A model generated the notes under the pieces. It was not told the origin of the DNA. It worked only from the letters and a program-made list of their open reading frames with translations, and made no database searches. The position numbers were made by a program, and so were the translations under genes. This document shows, piece after piece, positions 22,846 through 32,954 of a DNA stretch of 32,954 nt. The stretch is from the NCBI RefSeq assembly GCF_006345805.1, contig NW_021832173.1, positions 1-32,954 on the forward strand, written 5' to 3'. How positions within the stretch are numbered: position 1 is the stretch's first letter; every line of letters begins with the position of its first letter. Origin of the DNA: Octopus sinensis (lineage: Eukaryota).

Positions 22846-23250
22846 TCTTTTTCAAATTTCACTTGAAAAGGAAGATGAGAGTAGAGAGGGAAGTGATGTC
22901 TGGTAGCAAGTTTATTGAAAGGTGGGTGAATGTCGCAGGAATGGTCAGTATGAACGGACCAATTCTGAGGATACACCTGTGAGAATTAAAAGGAAATATA
23001 AAAGGAGAAAGGGGCTCTCTACCCACCTTTTGACCAGGCGCCCGTGGCTTTTATGGGTTTCTCCACGCGTAACCTCTCGAAGCGCCTCCCCCTATTGGGA
23101 GTTTTAATTGTTACTTATTTTTCGTTGTTATCCTGCTTTTGTACACAGACTTTTTCAAACGGACAAAACCCTTTGTAACTTTCGTCCTGTGTCTTGTCCC
23201 TTTATGTTTTAATTGATTTTTGTTAGCCCTTGTGGCCAATAAACGAACGA
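22846..23250 (+). mobile_element. Tx1/L1-clade LINE copy 3, short 3' fragment
   Basis: FFKFHLKRKMRVEREVMSGSKFIERWVNVAGMVSMNGPILRIHL* (stop 22980-22982) aligns with the C-terminus of copy 2. 3' UTR ends gcccttgtggccAATAAA (23238-23243). (ATT)n lies on both sides. Confidence 0.82.
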
Positions 23251-23802
23251 ATTATTATTATTATTATTATTATTATTGAGTGAGAGAACAGAGCATGCCA
23301 TAAAAGTGACACTGGGGTAAAATATACAAAGCCCAGTATACCCATCGTGACTACCCGTCTGATAAGGGTACACTAGGCACATGCATCACAACCATATGTG
23401 CGCGACATGGTGATCTCATATCAAGATAAACAGCGCATGACCTTGCAGGTGGGGCCCAGTTAGACTTTTCTTCTGGTCGAGTAGCCCATCCCGCTCAAAA
23501 GGTTTCTGAATAAGGATTGTTTAAGGATGTTGAACGAACCATCCATGTTTCCAAAGATGAATTATCCAAACCTCCAAGAATTCCTTTCAACACACGGCTA
23601 TAATGCTGCCCCACTACTTCTGCTTGTGATCAGAGGTGCACATATCGTCAGTCACTAAGGGACATGTTCAACTGGTTACGGTCAAACAACTGACAAACAA
23701 ATTTGTGGTATTGAGCAGAATATTTATTGTAGCCCATCTTTTATACCAAGACAAAACAATGTACATGATAACACTTCCAATGGGTTAAGATCAGAAGCCA
23801 TG
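23251..23802 (-). mobile_element. Unclassified retroposon 3' fragment (family D) with (AAT)n tail
   Basis: (ATT)n then gagtgagagaacagagcatgccataaaagtgacactgg...; the same junction recurs at 23869-23910 after another (ATT)n tract, indicating a dispersed element end. The family is not identifiable from sequence alone, and the strand is inferred from the tail. Confidence 0.6.
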
Positions 23803-23820
23803 TTAAGATCATCACCATCA

Positions 23821-23859
<39 letters not shown>

Positions 23860-23868
23860 ATTATTATT

Positions 23869-24018
23869 GAGTGAGTGAGAGAGCAGTGCATCCCATCAAA
23901 GTGACACTGGTCGACTTTGCTTTTCATCCTTTCGGGATCGATAAATTGGACACTGGGGTCAATGTAATCGACTCATCCCCTACCCCCAAAATGGCTGCCC
24001 TTGTGGCAAAATTTGAAA
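23869..24018. mobile_element. Chimeric junction: 42-bp family-D end fused to the 3' half of SINE family A (+)
   Basis: gagtgagtgagagagcagtgcatcccatcaaagtgacactgg|tcgactttgcttttcatcctttcgggatcgat...gcccttgtggcaaaatttgaaa. Confidence 0.7.
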
Positions 24019-24034
24019 TCATCATCATTATTAT

Positions 24035-24102
<68 letters not shown>

Positions 24103-24152
24103 TATCATCATCATCATCATTATTACTATTATTATCATCATCATAATCATTA
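24019..24152. repeat. (ATT)n/(ATC)n microsatellite
   Basis: Direct reading. Confidence 0.95.
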
Positions 24153-24157
24153 TTAAG

Positions 24158-24215
24158 ACGGCGGCGATTTGCACTCTGGATGAAATGCTTAGCGGCATTT
24201 TGTCCGTCTTTACGG
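24158..24215 (+). mobile_element. SINE family A head fragment
   Basis: ggcggcga...gaaatgcttagcggcattttgtccgtctttacg matches the family A head. Confidence 0.6.
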
Positions 24216-24504
24216 AATCTAGATATGGTTTGTATCATCAAAATAAATAGTATCTTTTCTATAAGTATTTCCAAGGTCATGGGTCTGATGAACTGTCTGG
24301 CCTATTACCCATTGTCAAGACCATTTTTTTTCTTTTTTTTTTTTTAGTGGGTTGTGATTCTAAGATTAAGTTGTATTTCTAGCAGATCAAGCGATCACGT
24401 TCACCAAATGCAGTTTCGTCTCATTTCGTTGTTGTGCGAGTAAGGAAGATTTGTGACGAGACGAGCTATTTTATTGTAGAATAGCTTGTAAGAGATAAGA
24501 TGCG

Positions 24505-24552
24505 ATGGTTTTATATACACACACACACACACACACAACACACACACACACA

Positions 24553-24621
<69 letters not shown>

Positions 24622-24650
24622 ATAATATATATATATATATATACATACAC

Positions 24651-24719
<69 letters not shown>

Positions 24720-24720
24720 A
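24505..24720. repeat. (CA)n/(TA)n microsatellite
   Basis: Direct reading. Confidence 0.95.
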
Positions 24721-24966
24721 GAGTAGAGGAAAAGAAGCACAGATGAAACGATCCACATTATGAAAACAAAACAATATTTATGGAATATGAAAAACCCAAA
24801 AAAATAAAAAAATCTAATTTGTTTCTGAAAATTCATTAAAGGAATATGTTTGGAAACAGTCGTCAGTTATTACGGAGGGGCCTGAGTTGGCGGGGGTGGG
24901 GGGCAGAGCGAATGGGGAGTTGTGTTGGAGCCGTTTCACCAAATGAAAGAACCAAAGAATTGTTCA

Positions 24967-25009
24967 ATACATACATACATACATACGTATGTATGTATAT
25001 GTATGTATA

Positions 25010-25066
<57 letters not shown>

Positions 25067-25128
25067 ATATATATATATAATATATATATATGTATATATA
25101 TATATTTATATGTATATATATATTATAT

Positions 25129-25167
<39 letters not shown>

Positions 25168-25178
25168 ATGTATATATG

Positions 25179-25270
<92 letters not shown>

Positions 25271-25310
25271 TACACACAGAAACACACACACACACACATA
25301 TATATATACT
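24967..25310. repeat. (TA)n-rich microsatellite
   Basis: Direct reading. Confidence 0.95.
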
Positions 25311-25419
25311 GCATATAAGCGGAGGTTATCAACGGTTTATCAAAATAAAAAAAATAAAAAACGATAAAGCGAAATACATATCAGAGATCTTGAAATGATA
25401 ATAATGAATTGAGTTTAAC

Positions 25420-25485
25420 GATTTTACTCTCTTTTTATTATCAATATTATCGATATCATCATCATCATCATCATCGTCATCGTCG

Positions 25486-25529
<44 letters not shown>

Positions 25530-25640
25530 TTCATCATCATCACCATCACCATCATCATCATCATCTTCATCATCATCATCATCATCATCATCACCATCAT
25601 CATCACCATCACCACCATCATCATCATCACCATCATCATC

Positions 25641-25685
<45 letters not shown>

Positions 25686-25777
25686 GTCATCGTCATCGTC
25701 GTCGTCGTCGTCGTCATCATCATCATCATCGTCGTCGTCAACATTATCATTATCATTATCATTATTATTGTTATTAG

Positions 25778-25835
<58 letters not shown>
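25420..25835. repeat. Compound trinucleotide array (CAT)n/(CGT)n/(CAC)/(ATT)n
   Basis: Direct reading; source of the poly-D, poly-H and poly-M ORFs. Confidence 0.95.
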
Positions 25836-25984
25836 GTTAGAAGTTGGTAAAGTATACAAGACTTGCGAAGGAGACTACTTCTGTTACCAAACGATTCCTC
25901 AAAGAGATAAGCAAATATGGAGACGGTGATATTTAAACAAGAATTTCGTCTACAAATACAAATTGTGTGTATATATTTGCACGC

Positions 25985-26416
25985 GCATGTGTGTGTGTGT
26001 GTGTGTGTATGTGTGAGCGCGTGGACGTATATGAGTGTGTGTGTGAGAGAGAGAGTGTGTCCGATAGAGAGAGAGAGAGAGAAAGAGGAAGAGAAAGAGA
26101 GAGAGAGTGTGCTTAACTTAAGATGAAGAATATGTATGAGGGAGAGTCAGTGTGTGTGTGTTTGTGTGTTTGTGTGTGTGTGAGTGTATGTGTGTGTGTG
26201 TTTGTGTGTGTGTATGTGTGTGTGTATGTGTGTGTTTGTGTGTGTGAATGTGTATGTGTGTGTGTGTGTGTATGTGTGTGTGTGTGTATGTGTGTGTGTA
26301 TATGTGTGTGTGTGTTTGTGTGTGTGTATGTGTGTGTGTGTGTTTGTGTATGTGTGTGTGTTTGTGTGTGTGTGTTTGTGTGTGTGTGTATATGTGTGTG
26401 TGTATGTGTGTGTGTA

Positions 26417-26453
<37 letters not shown>
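25985..26453. repeat. (TG)n/(GA)n microsatellites, including a ~300-bp interrupted (TG)n
   Basis: Direct reading. Confidence 0.93.
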
Positions 26454-26983
26454 GGTTAACAGAATGTATGATAAAGAAGGAGAGAGAGAGAGGGGGGATA
26501 GAGATAAAATGCGGGTGTATGTGTGTTAGCGAGTGTTTACAGAAAATTCTTACGCGATAATAATAATTCGGTGAAATTTTAATGCTGTGATCTTAAGCTG
26601 AACCCTAACAAAATGGACTAAAATAACACAAATAAATAATTAAGTTAAAGGGTGGTGCACCGAATGCCGCATGCAAAAGTAAAATTCTTAATTAATTACA
26701 ATTTCCTTCTTAATTTGAAGAAAGAAAACAAGAAAAAAATCCTTGCGGCAAACGTTTGCGACTCTTAAAAAGAGGGGAGATAACTATAAGATATTAAAGA
26801 TTTACTTTCTCAAAATTAATTTCCTTAAGAAAGTCTGTTGCTTGTGTGCAGGTAATGGACAACTATGGACATGTTTCAGTTTATTAGACCTCATCAGTAT
26901 AATCTGCCTAATCAATCGTCAAATATATAGACGCTATGAATAATTTTTGATCCTTTTGGTAACAGGATACATCACAGTATTGT

Positions 26984-27287
26984 TGTTTTTGTTTTTTTTT
27001 GTTCCTTCTCGAGCCATGCCTGGCTCATAAGGGTCGGTTTCCCGGTTTCTTGGTTTATAGGTTCCCTCACCTGGACGGGACGCCGGTCCGTTGCAGGTGA
27101 GCTGCAAGATGCAGGAGGAAGGATTGAGAGAAAGTTGTGGCGGAAGAGTCAGCAGAAGTTTCGCCATTACCTTCTGCCGGAGCCGCGTGGAGCTTAGGTG
27201 TTTCGCTCATAAACACACACATCGTCCGGTCTGAGATTCGAACCCGCGATCCCTCGACCGCGAGTCCGCGAGTCATGTGCCTCCACA
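26984..27287 (-). mobile_element. SINE family C copy with 13-bp TSD; A-box deleted
   Basis: Minus strand GTGGAGGCACATG|ACTCGCGGACTCGCGGTCGAGGGATCGCGGGTTCGAATCTCAGACC (B-box), CTGCAACGGACCGGCGTCCCGTCCAGG, GAAACCGGGAAACCGACCCTTATGAGCC, A/CAA-rich tail. TSD atcacagtattgt (26971-26983) vs atcgcagtattgt (27288-27300). Confidence 0.85.
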
Positions 27288-27589
27288 ATCGCAGTATTGT
27301 GGATTATCATTGGTCAAATTTCGTATCCAACCTGGAATGCATCCTGTTATTTGTATGATTTGGGAGCGTCAGCTCTAATGGTTTGGTCATGTTGCTCGAT
27401 TTTTTTTCGTGTTAGATTCTGCGCATCGTGTTCTTTTCTCTGGCGATCTGGTTGGGTTATCGTCTTGTATTGGTCGGCTACCTCATGATAATGACGAATG
27501 AGGAATTATCTCAGAAACATGGGGTCTAACTGGCACCTTGAAGGGTTTTACTCGAACAAATCAGCCCTAGCACTTATTTTTTTAAAGCT

Positions 27590-27850
27590 TGGTACTTGTT
27601 CTACTGCTCTCTTTTGCCGTACCACTAAGTTATGGGGACGTAAACAAACCAACACCGGTTGTCAAGTGGGTGGGGGTACAAACACAAACACTAACACACG
27701 CACACACATACGCATGCGTGCATGTATACACGCATATACGACGAACTTTCTTCGGTTACCGTCTACCAAAACCATTCATAAGGTTTTGGTCGGCCGAGGC
27801 TAGAGCTGAAGACTCTTGCCCTAGGTGCCATAAAGTGGGATTGAACTCCT
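27590..27850 (-). mobile_element. Old, diverged SINE family B copy
   Basis: ctcttttgccgtaccactaagttatggggacgtaaac...ggttgtcaag...tacgacg...ccgtctacc...ggtcggccgaggcta...cttgccctaggtgcca...gtggga. Confidence 0.75.
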
Positions 27851-28106
27851 GGCAAGTGTTTTCTATTATAGCATCGGACCGACCAAAGCCTTGAGAGTAA
27901 GTATACTAAAATGAGGCAAGGGAAATAACTGAGATTGGCCAATGACATTCATTTGGATGTGGCCAAATATTATTGGTAGATTTTTCGTAACAGTCCTTGT
28001 ATCGCTTGCCGTGAAGATTTTTGTTACATATAGTGAGGGCACAGCTCCAAAAGTAAAACCGCAATCAATCATGAAATTCATGCAAGACATGGAATTCACA
28101 TAAGGT

Positions 28107-31012
28107 GGGGTACAGAACAAAAATGGGGTACAGAACAAATATGGGGTACAGAACAAAAATGGGTACAGAATAAAAATGGAGTACAGAACAAAAATGGGGT
28201 ACAGAAAAAAATGGGGTACAGAACAAAAATGGGTACAGAACAAAAATGGGTACAGAACAAAAATGGGGTACAGAACAAAAATGGGTACAGAACAAAAATG
28301 GGTACAGAACAAAAATGGGGTACAGAACAAAAATGGGTACAGAACAAAAATGGGGTACAGAACAAAAATGAGATACAGAACAAAAATGGGTACAAAATAA
28401 AAATGTTGTACAGAACAAAAATGGGTACAGAGCAAAAATGGGGTACAGAACAAAAATGGGGTACAGAACAAAAATGGGTACAGAACAAAAATGGGGTACA
28501 GAACGAAAATGGGGTACAGAACAAAAGTGGGTACAGAAGAAAAATGGGGTACAGAACAAAAATGGGGTACAGAGCAAAAATGGGATACAGAACAAAAATG
28601 AGGTACAGAATAAAAATGGGGTACAGAACAAAAATGGGTACAGAACAAAAAAGGGGTACAGAGCAAAAATGGGGTACAGAATAAAAATGGGGTACAGAAC
28701 AAAAATGGGTACAGAACAAAAATGGGGAACAGAGCAAAAATGGGGTACAGAGCAAAAATGGGGTACAGAGCAAAAATGGGGTACAGAATAAAAATGGGGT
28801 ACAGAACAAAAATGGGGTACAGAACAAAAATGGGGTACAGAACAAAAATGAGGTACAGAATAAAAATGGGGTACAGAACAAAATGGGTACAGAACACAAA
28901 TGGGGTACAGAACAAAAATGGGTACAGAAAAAAATGGGTACAGAAAAAAATGGGGTACAGAACAAAAATTGGGCACAGAACAAAAATGGGTACAGAACAA
29001 AAATGGGGTACAGAATAAAATGGGTACAGAACAAAAATGGGTGCAGAAAAAATGGGGTACAGAACAAAAATGGGTACAGAACTCAAATGGGTACAGAACA
29101 AAAATGGGGTACAGAACAAAAATGGGGTACAGAATAAAAATGGGGTACAGAACAAGAATGGGTACAGAACAAAAATGGGTACAGAACAAAAATGGGGTAC
29201 AGAACAAAAATGGGTACAGAACAAAAATGGGGTACAGAACAAAAATGGGGTACAGAGCAAAAATGGGGTACAAAACAAAAATGGGTACAGAACAAAAATG
29301 GGGTACAGAACAAAAATGGGGTACAGAACAAAAATGGTTACAGAACAAAAATGGGGTACAGAACGAAAATGGGGTACAGAACAAAAATGGGTACAGAACA
29401 AAAATGGGGTACAGAACAAAAATGGGGTACAGAACAAAAATGGGTACAGAACAAAAATGGGGTTCCGAACAAAAATGGGTACAGAACAAAAATGGGGCAC
29501 AGAACAAAAATGGGGTACAGAACAAAAATGGGTACAGAACAAAAATGGGTACAGAATAAAAATGGAGTACAGAACAAAAATGGGGTACAGAACAAAAATG
29601 GGGTACAGAACAAAAATGGGTACAGAACACAAATGGGTACAGAACAAAAATGGGGTACAGAACAAAAATGGGGTACAGAATAAAAATGGGTACAGAACAA
29701 AAATGGGTACAGAACACAAATGGGTACAGAACAAAAATGGGTACAGAACCAAAATGGGGTACAGAACAAGAATGGGTACAGAACAAGAATGGGTACAGAG
29801 CAAAGATGGAGTACCGAACAAGAATGGGTACAGAACAAAAATGGGTACAGAACAAAAATGGGGTACAGAACGAAAATGGGTACAGAACAAAAATGAGGTA
29901 CAGAACAAAAATGGGTACAGAGCAAAAATGGGTACAGAACAAAAATGGTGTACAGAACAAAAATGGGTACAGAACAAAAAAGGGATACAGAACAAAAATG
30001 GGTACAGAACAAAATTGGGTACAGAATAAAAATGGGGTACAGAACAAAAATGGGGTACAGAACAAAAATGGGGTACAGAACAAAAATGGGTACAGAATAA
30101 AAATGGGGTACCGAACAAAAATGGGTACAGAACACAAATGGGTACAGGGCAAAAATGGGGTACAGAACAAAAATGGGGTACAGAACAAAAATGGGTACAG
30201 AACACAAATGGGTACAGAACAAAAATGGGGTACAGAACAAAAATGGGGTACAGAATAAAAATGGGGTACAGAACAAAAATGGGTACAGAACACAAATGGT
30301 ACAGAACAAAAATGGGTACAGAACAAAAATGGGTACAGAACAAAAGTGGTGTACAGAACAAAAATGGGTACAGAACAAAAATGGGATACAGAACAAAAAT
30401 GGGTACAGAACAAAATTGGGTACAGAATAAAAATGGGGTACAGAACAAAAATGGGGTGCAGAACAAAAATGGGGTGCAGAACAAAAATGGGTACAGAATA
30501 AAAATGGGGTACCGAACAAAAATGGGTACAGAACACAAATGTGTACAGGGCAAAAATGGGGTACAGAACAAAAATGGGGTACAGAACAAAAATGGGTACA
30601 GAACACAAATGGGTACAGAACAAAAATGGGGTACAGAACAAAAATGGGGTACAGAATAAAAATGGGGTACAGAACAAAAATGGGTACAGAACACAAATGG
30701 TACAGAACAAAAATGGGTACAGAACAAAAATGGGGTACAGAACAAAAATGGGTACAGAACAAAAATGGGTACAGAACAAGAATGGGTACAGAACAAAAAT
30801 GGAGTACAGAACAAAAATGGGTACAGAACAAAAATCGGATACAGAACAAAAATGGGTACAGAACAAAATTGGGTACAGAATAAAAACGGGTACAGAACAA
30901 GAATGGGGTACAGAACAAAAATGGGTACAGAACAAAAATGGTTATAGAACTGAAATGGGGTACAGAACAAAAATGGGTACAGAACGAAAATGGGGTACAG
31001 AACAAAAATGGG
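28107..31012. repeat. ~2.9-kb minisatellite, unit GGG(G)TACAGAACAAAAAT (17/18 bp), roughly 165 units
   Basis: Direct reading; variants include GAAT, GAGC, CACA and CCGA. No unique spacers. Confidence 0.98.
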
Positions 31013-31819
31013 AAAAGCCGTTTGACAAGTTGCTTGGTAACAGTTGTTTGGTAATAGTGCAGCACACAGGAAGTGTTATCTACCATAGTGTAAGCTGATG
31101 AAGTGGTTTAGAAAGTAATACCAGAATTGATGTGCAGTTTCTCAAAGAATTCGTGGTATCTTGAGCGAGACTGAGAAATAGCGAAATGTACTTATGGTGA
31201 GTATTATTGATAAAGTCATTTTTCTTGGGCAAAGAGAGATTACTTGCTTATAATAACTTAGCCTAGCCAATTGGTGACATTTATATTGTGAACTTATTGG
31301 AGATCATCGAACTCCTAGCCTGTTATGATTCATTTCAAGCTGAACATGTTTCAAATATTAGAACATTTCATGAAAAATATGAGAATTGGCTCCAAGCTCA
31401 CTATTTCTCAATATCATTTCAAACTGAATTTCATCAGTAACTGCCCAGTTTATATTCGGTATCATAAAATCGCAAAATATTATTCAATCATAATGGAAGC
31501 AACACGAAATTCTAGACATGTGGAGCCGTCAACATTCTTAAGCTGTTGTTTGGTCAAAGGTCATGCAGAATTTGTGGTTCAAGAACGACTTTTAACCTCT
31601 GTTGATTGTTGTAGGAAGACGAAGATTGAATTAACAATTCTGATTATAGAGACACTCTAGCAGGGTCATGATAATGCTTCCGAAATATCTGGCAAAAATA
31701 ATGATACCCAACAGCCGTTATCCTAACCCTAATCCGAGCATTTATTTTCCATTCACAAAACTTCTGTGGAGTAGATTCGCAGTATATCGCACAAAGGCAA
31801 TTACGTACTTCTCTTTAAC

Positions 31820-32536
31820 TACGTGCAAATCTCCATTCACGTTTTTTGGTCATTGATGTGACTGAAGATTCTCAAATGGTTCAACGATAGAAATCAGCTC
31901 ATTCAGAGACAAGTGATGTCTGACTGATAAATGGCAAGAAAAACCTCTCAATGACAAATACCCAAAGAGAGCTAATAATACCGATGTTGACAAAGCCCTG
32001 ACCCATCAAAGGCTATTGGCTTCTGGTTTAAAATCAGAAACAGAAGGGTTTATCATAGCGGCCCAAGATCAAAGCCTATCTACAAGGAACTACTAGGCCA
32101 GCTGCCCAACATGTGTATGTCAACAAGAAGATGAGACAATTGCTCATGTTGTCTCCATGTGCTGTTTTCTTGCGCCTACCGAGTATCTCAACAGGCATCA
32201 TAGAGCAGCACAATATATTCACTGGGTAATTAGCAAAAACCTGGACCTAGCCCATAATAAAAACTGGTGGGAACACAAATCACCTCCAGTGCTTGAAAAT
32301 GATCACATCTCACTCCTCTGGAACTTCACCATTCAAACTGACAGAAAGATAGATTTAAATAGGCCAGACATTATATTGAAAGACTTCAGACAAAAATTAT
32401 GCCTCCTCATTGATATGGCTGTCGCAATCGACATAATACGTGCAAATCTTCATTCACGTTTTTTGGTCGTTGATGTGACTGAAGATTCTCAAATGGTTCA
32501 ACGATAGAAATCAGTTCATTCAGAGACAAGCGATGT
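31820..32536 (+). repeat. Pair of 100-bp direct repeats (31820-31919 and 32437-32536) flanking the RLE fragment
   Basis: tacgtgcaaatct...cagagacaag(t/c)gatgt; by manual alignment, 4 substitutions (all transitions) and no indels. Confidence 0.93.
31920..32436 (+). pseudogene. Internal fragment of a second R4/Dong-like RLE non-LTR element
   Basis: KWQEKPLNDKYP...LKSETEGFIIAAQDQSLSTRNY*...ETIAHVVSMC...EYLNRHHRAAQYIHW...WWEHKSPPVLENDHISLLWNFTIQTDRKIDLNRPDIIL...LIDMAV (RPD at 32361-32369). Confidence 0.87.
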
Positions 32537-32771
32537 AATGATTGGTGTGAAAATATCACATCAATTCCAGTACGATTTTCGAAACAACTCTTCTACTTGT
32601 GTCATACTAAGCAAACAGTTCTTGTATGCTGTACTGATATCATGCCTAGACATTCTTGCCAAACAGCTTTCACTATTTCTCAAGTCTTGAAGATCGGGCG
32701 TGAGAAGTGGCCATTGATATCAAGTGGAAATTACATACCATCAGTAGCTTTTATGTAAAGTTAACTGACTT

Positions 32772-32954
32772 GAGTGGCTGTGTGGTAAGTAGCTTGCTTA
32801 CCAACCACATGGTTCCGGGTTCAGTCCCACTGCGTGGCACCTTGGGCAAGTATCTTCTACTATAGCCTCGGGCCGACCAAAGCCTTGTGAATGGATTTGG
32901 TAGACGGAAACTGAAAGAAGCCCGTCGTATATATGTATATATATATATATATAT
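32772..32954 (+). mobile_element. SINE family B head, running off the window end
   Basis: A-box TGGCTGTGTGG (32775-32785), B-box GGTTCAGTCC (32818-32827), GGCACCTTGGGCAAG, GAAAGAAGCCCGTCG, then (TA)n. Confidence 0.9.

Noticed and set aside
25329-25859. Poly-Asp/Asn, poly-His and poly-Met ORFs as biomineralisation or metal-binding proteins
   Set aside because: A pure trinucleotide array open in several frames on both strands, with no signal peptide, splice context or unique flanking coding sequence.
27347-27505. Minus-strand open stretch EVADQYKTITQPDRQRKEHD, faintly like J-domain helix IV
   Set aside because: No ATG, no HPD motif, bounded by stops and no clear splice sites; the similarity is at chance level.
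28107-31012. CRISPR-like array
   Set aside because: Contiguous repeats with no unique spacers, no cas genes, and a eukaryotic context.
28107-31012. Steroid-response-element array (GGTACA and AGAACA half-sites)
   Set aside because: The half-sites overlap in direct orientation and never form the GGTACAnnnTGTTCT palindrome; coincidence in a short unit.
27866-31098. 1034-, 956- and 582-aa minus-strand ORFs and plus-strand GTEQKW/GYRTKM ORFs as proteins
   Set aside because: They are translations of a 17/18-bp minisatellite. Units are not multiples of 3, all frames give the same cycling peptides, and openness follows from the lack of stop triplets.
31138-31203. Candidate exon ending at ATG|GTGAGT
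   Set aside because: All three frames contain stops from the nearest AG acceptor.
32772-32840. tRNA genes at SINE heads (also ~225-312, ~13065-13135, ~27230-27286)
   Set aside because: A/B boxes are present but there is no complete cloverleaf, and each continues into a shared SINE body.

Overview
AT-rich, microsatellite-saturated eukaryotic DNA with no host gene that I can support. The SINE families and repeat content match what I recall from octopus (cephalopod) genomes, but that assignment is recognition, not a database result. Almost every long ORF in the track is a translation of simple repeats. The window is a nested transposon landscape. It contains two decayed R4/Dong-type RLE non-LTR fragments (+) and three Tx1/L1-clade LINE copies: one near-full-length on the minus strand with ORF1 and APE-RT-CCHC ORF2, and two 5'-truncated. 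It also has at least three tRNA-derived SINE families, two copies of a ~420-bp MITE with 8-bp TSDs and internal (CCCTAA)n, and two non-autonomous Helitrons. Tandem structures include a triplicated ~590-bp structured unit and a ~2.9-kb 17/18-bp minisatellite with a 401-bp higher-order duplication. The most interesting observations are a SINE tail matching the 3' end of the local Tx1/L1 LINEs, 100-bp direct repeats bracketing an internal RLE fragment, the structured 590-bp unit, and Tx1 copies abutting microsatellites. I found no demonstrable new biological system; these are leads.
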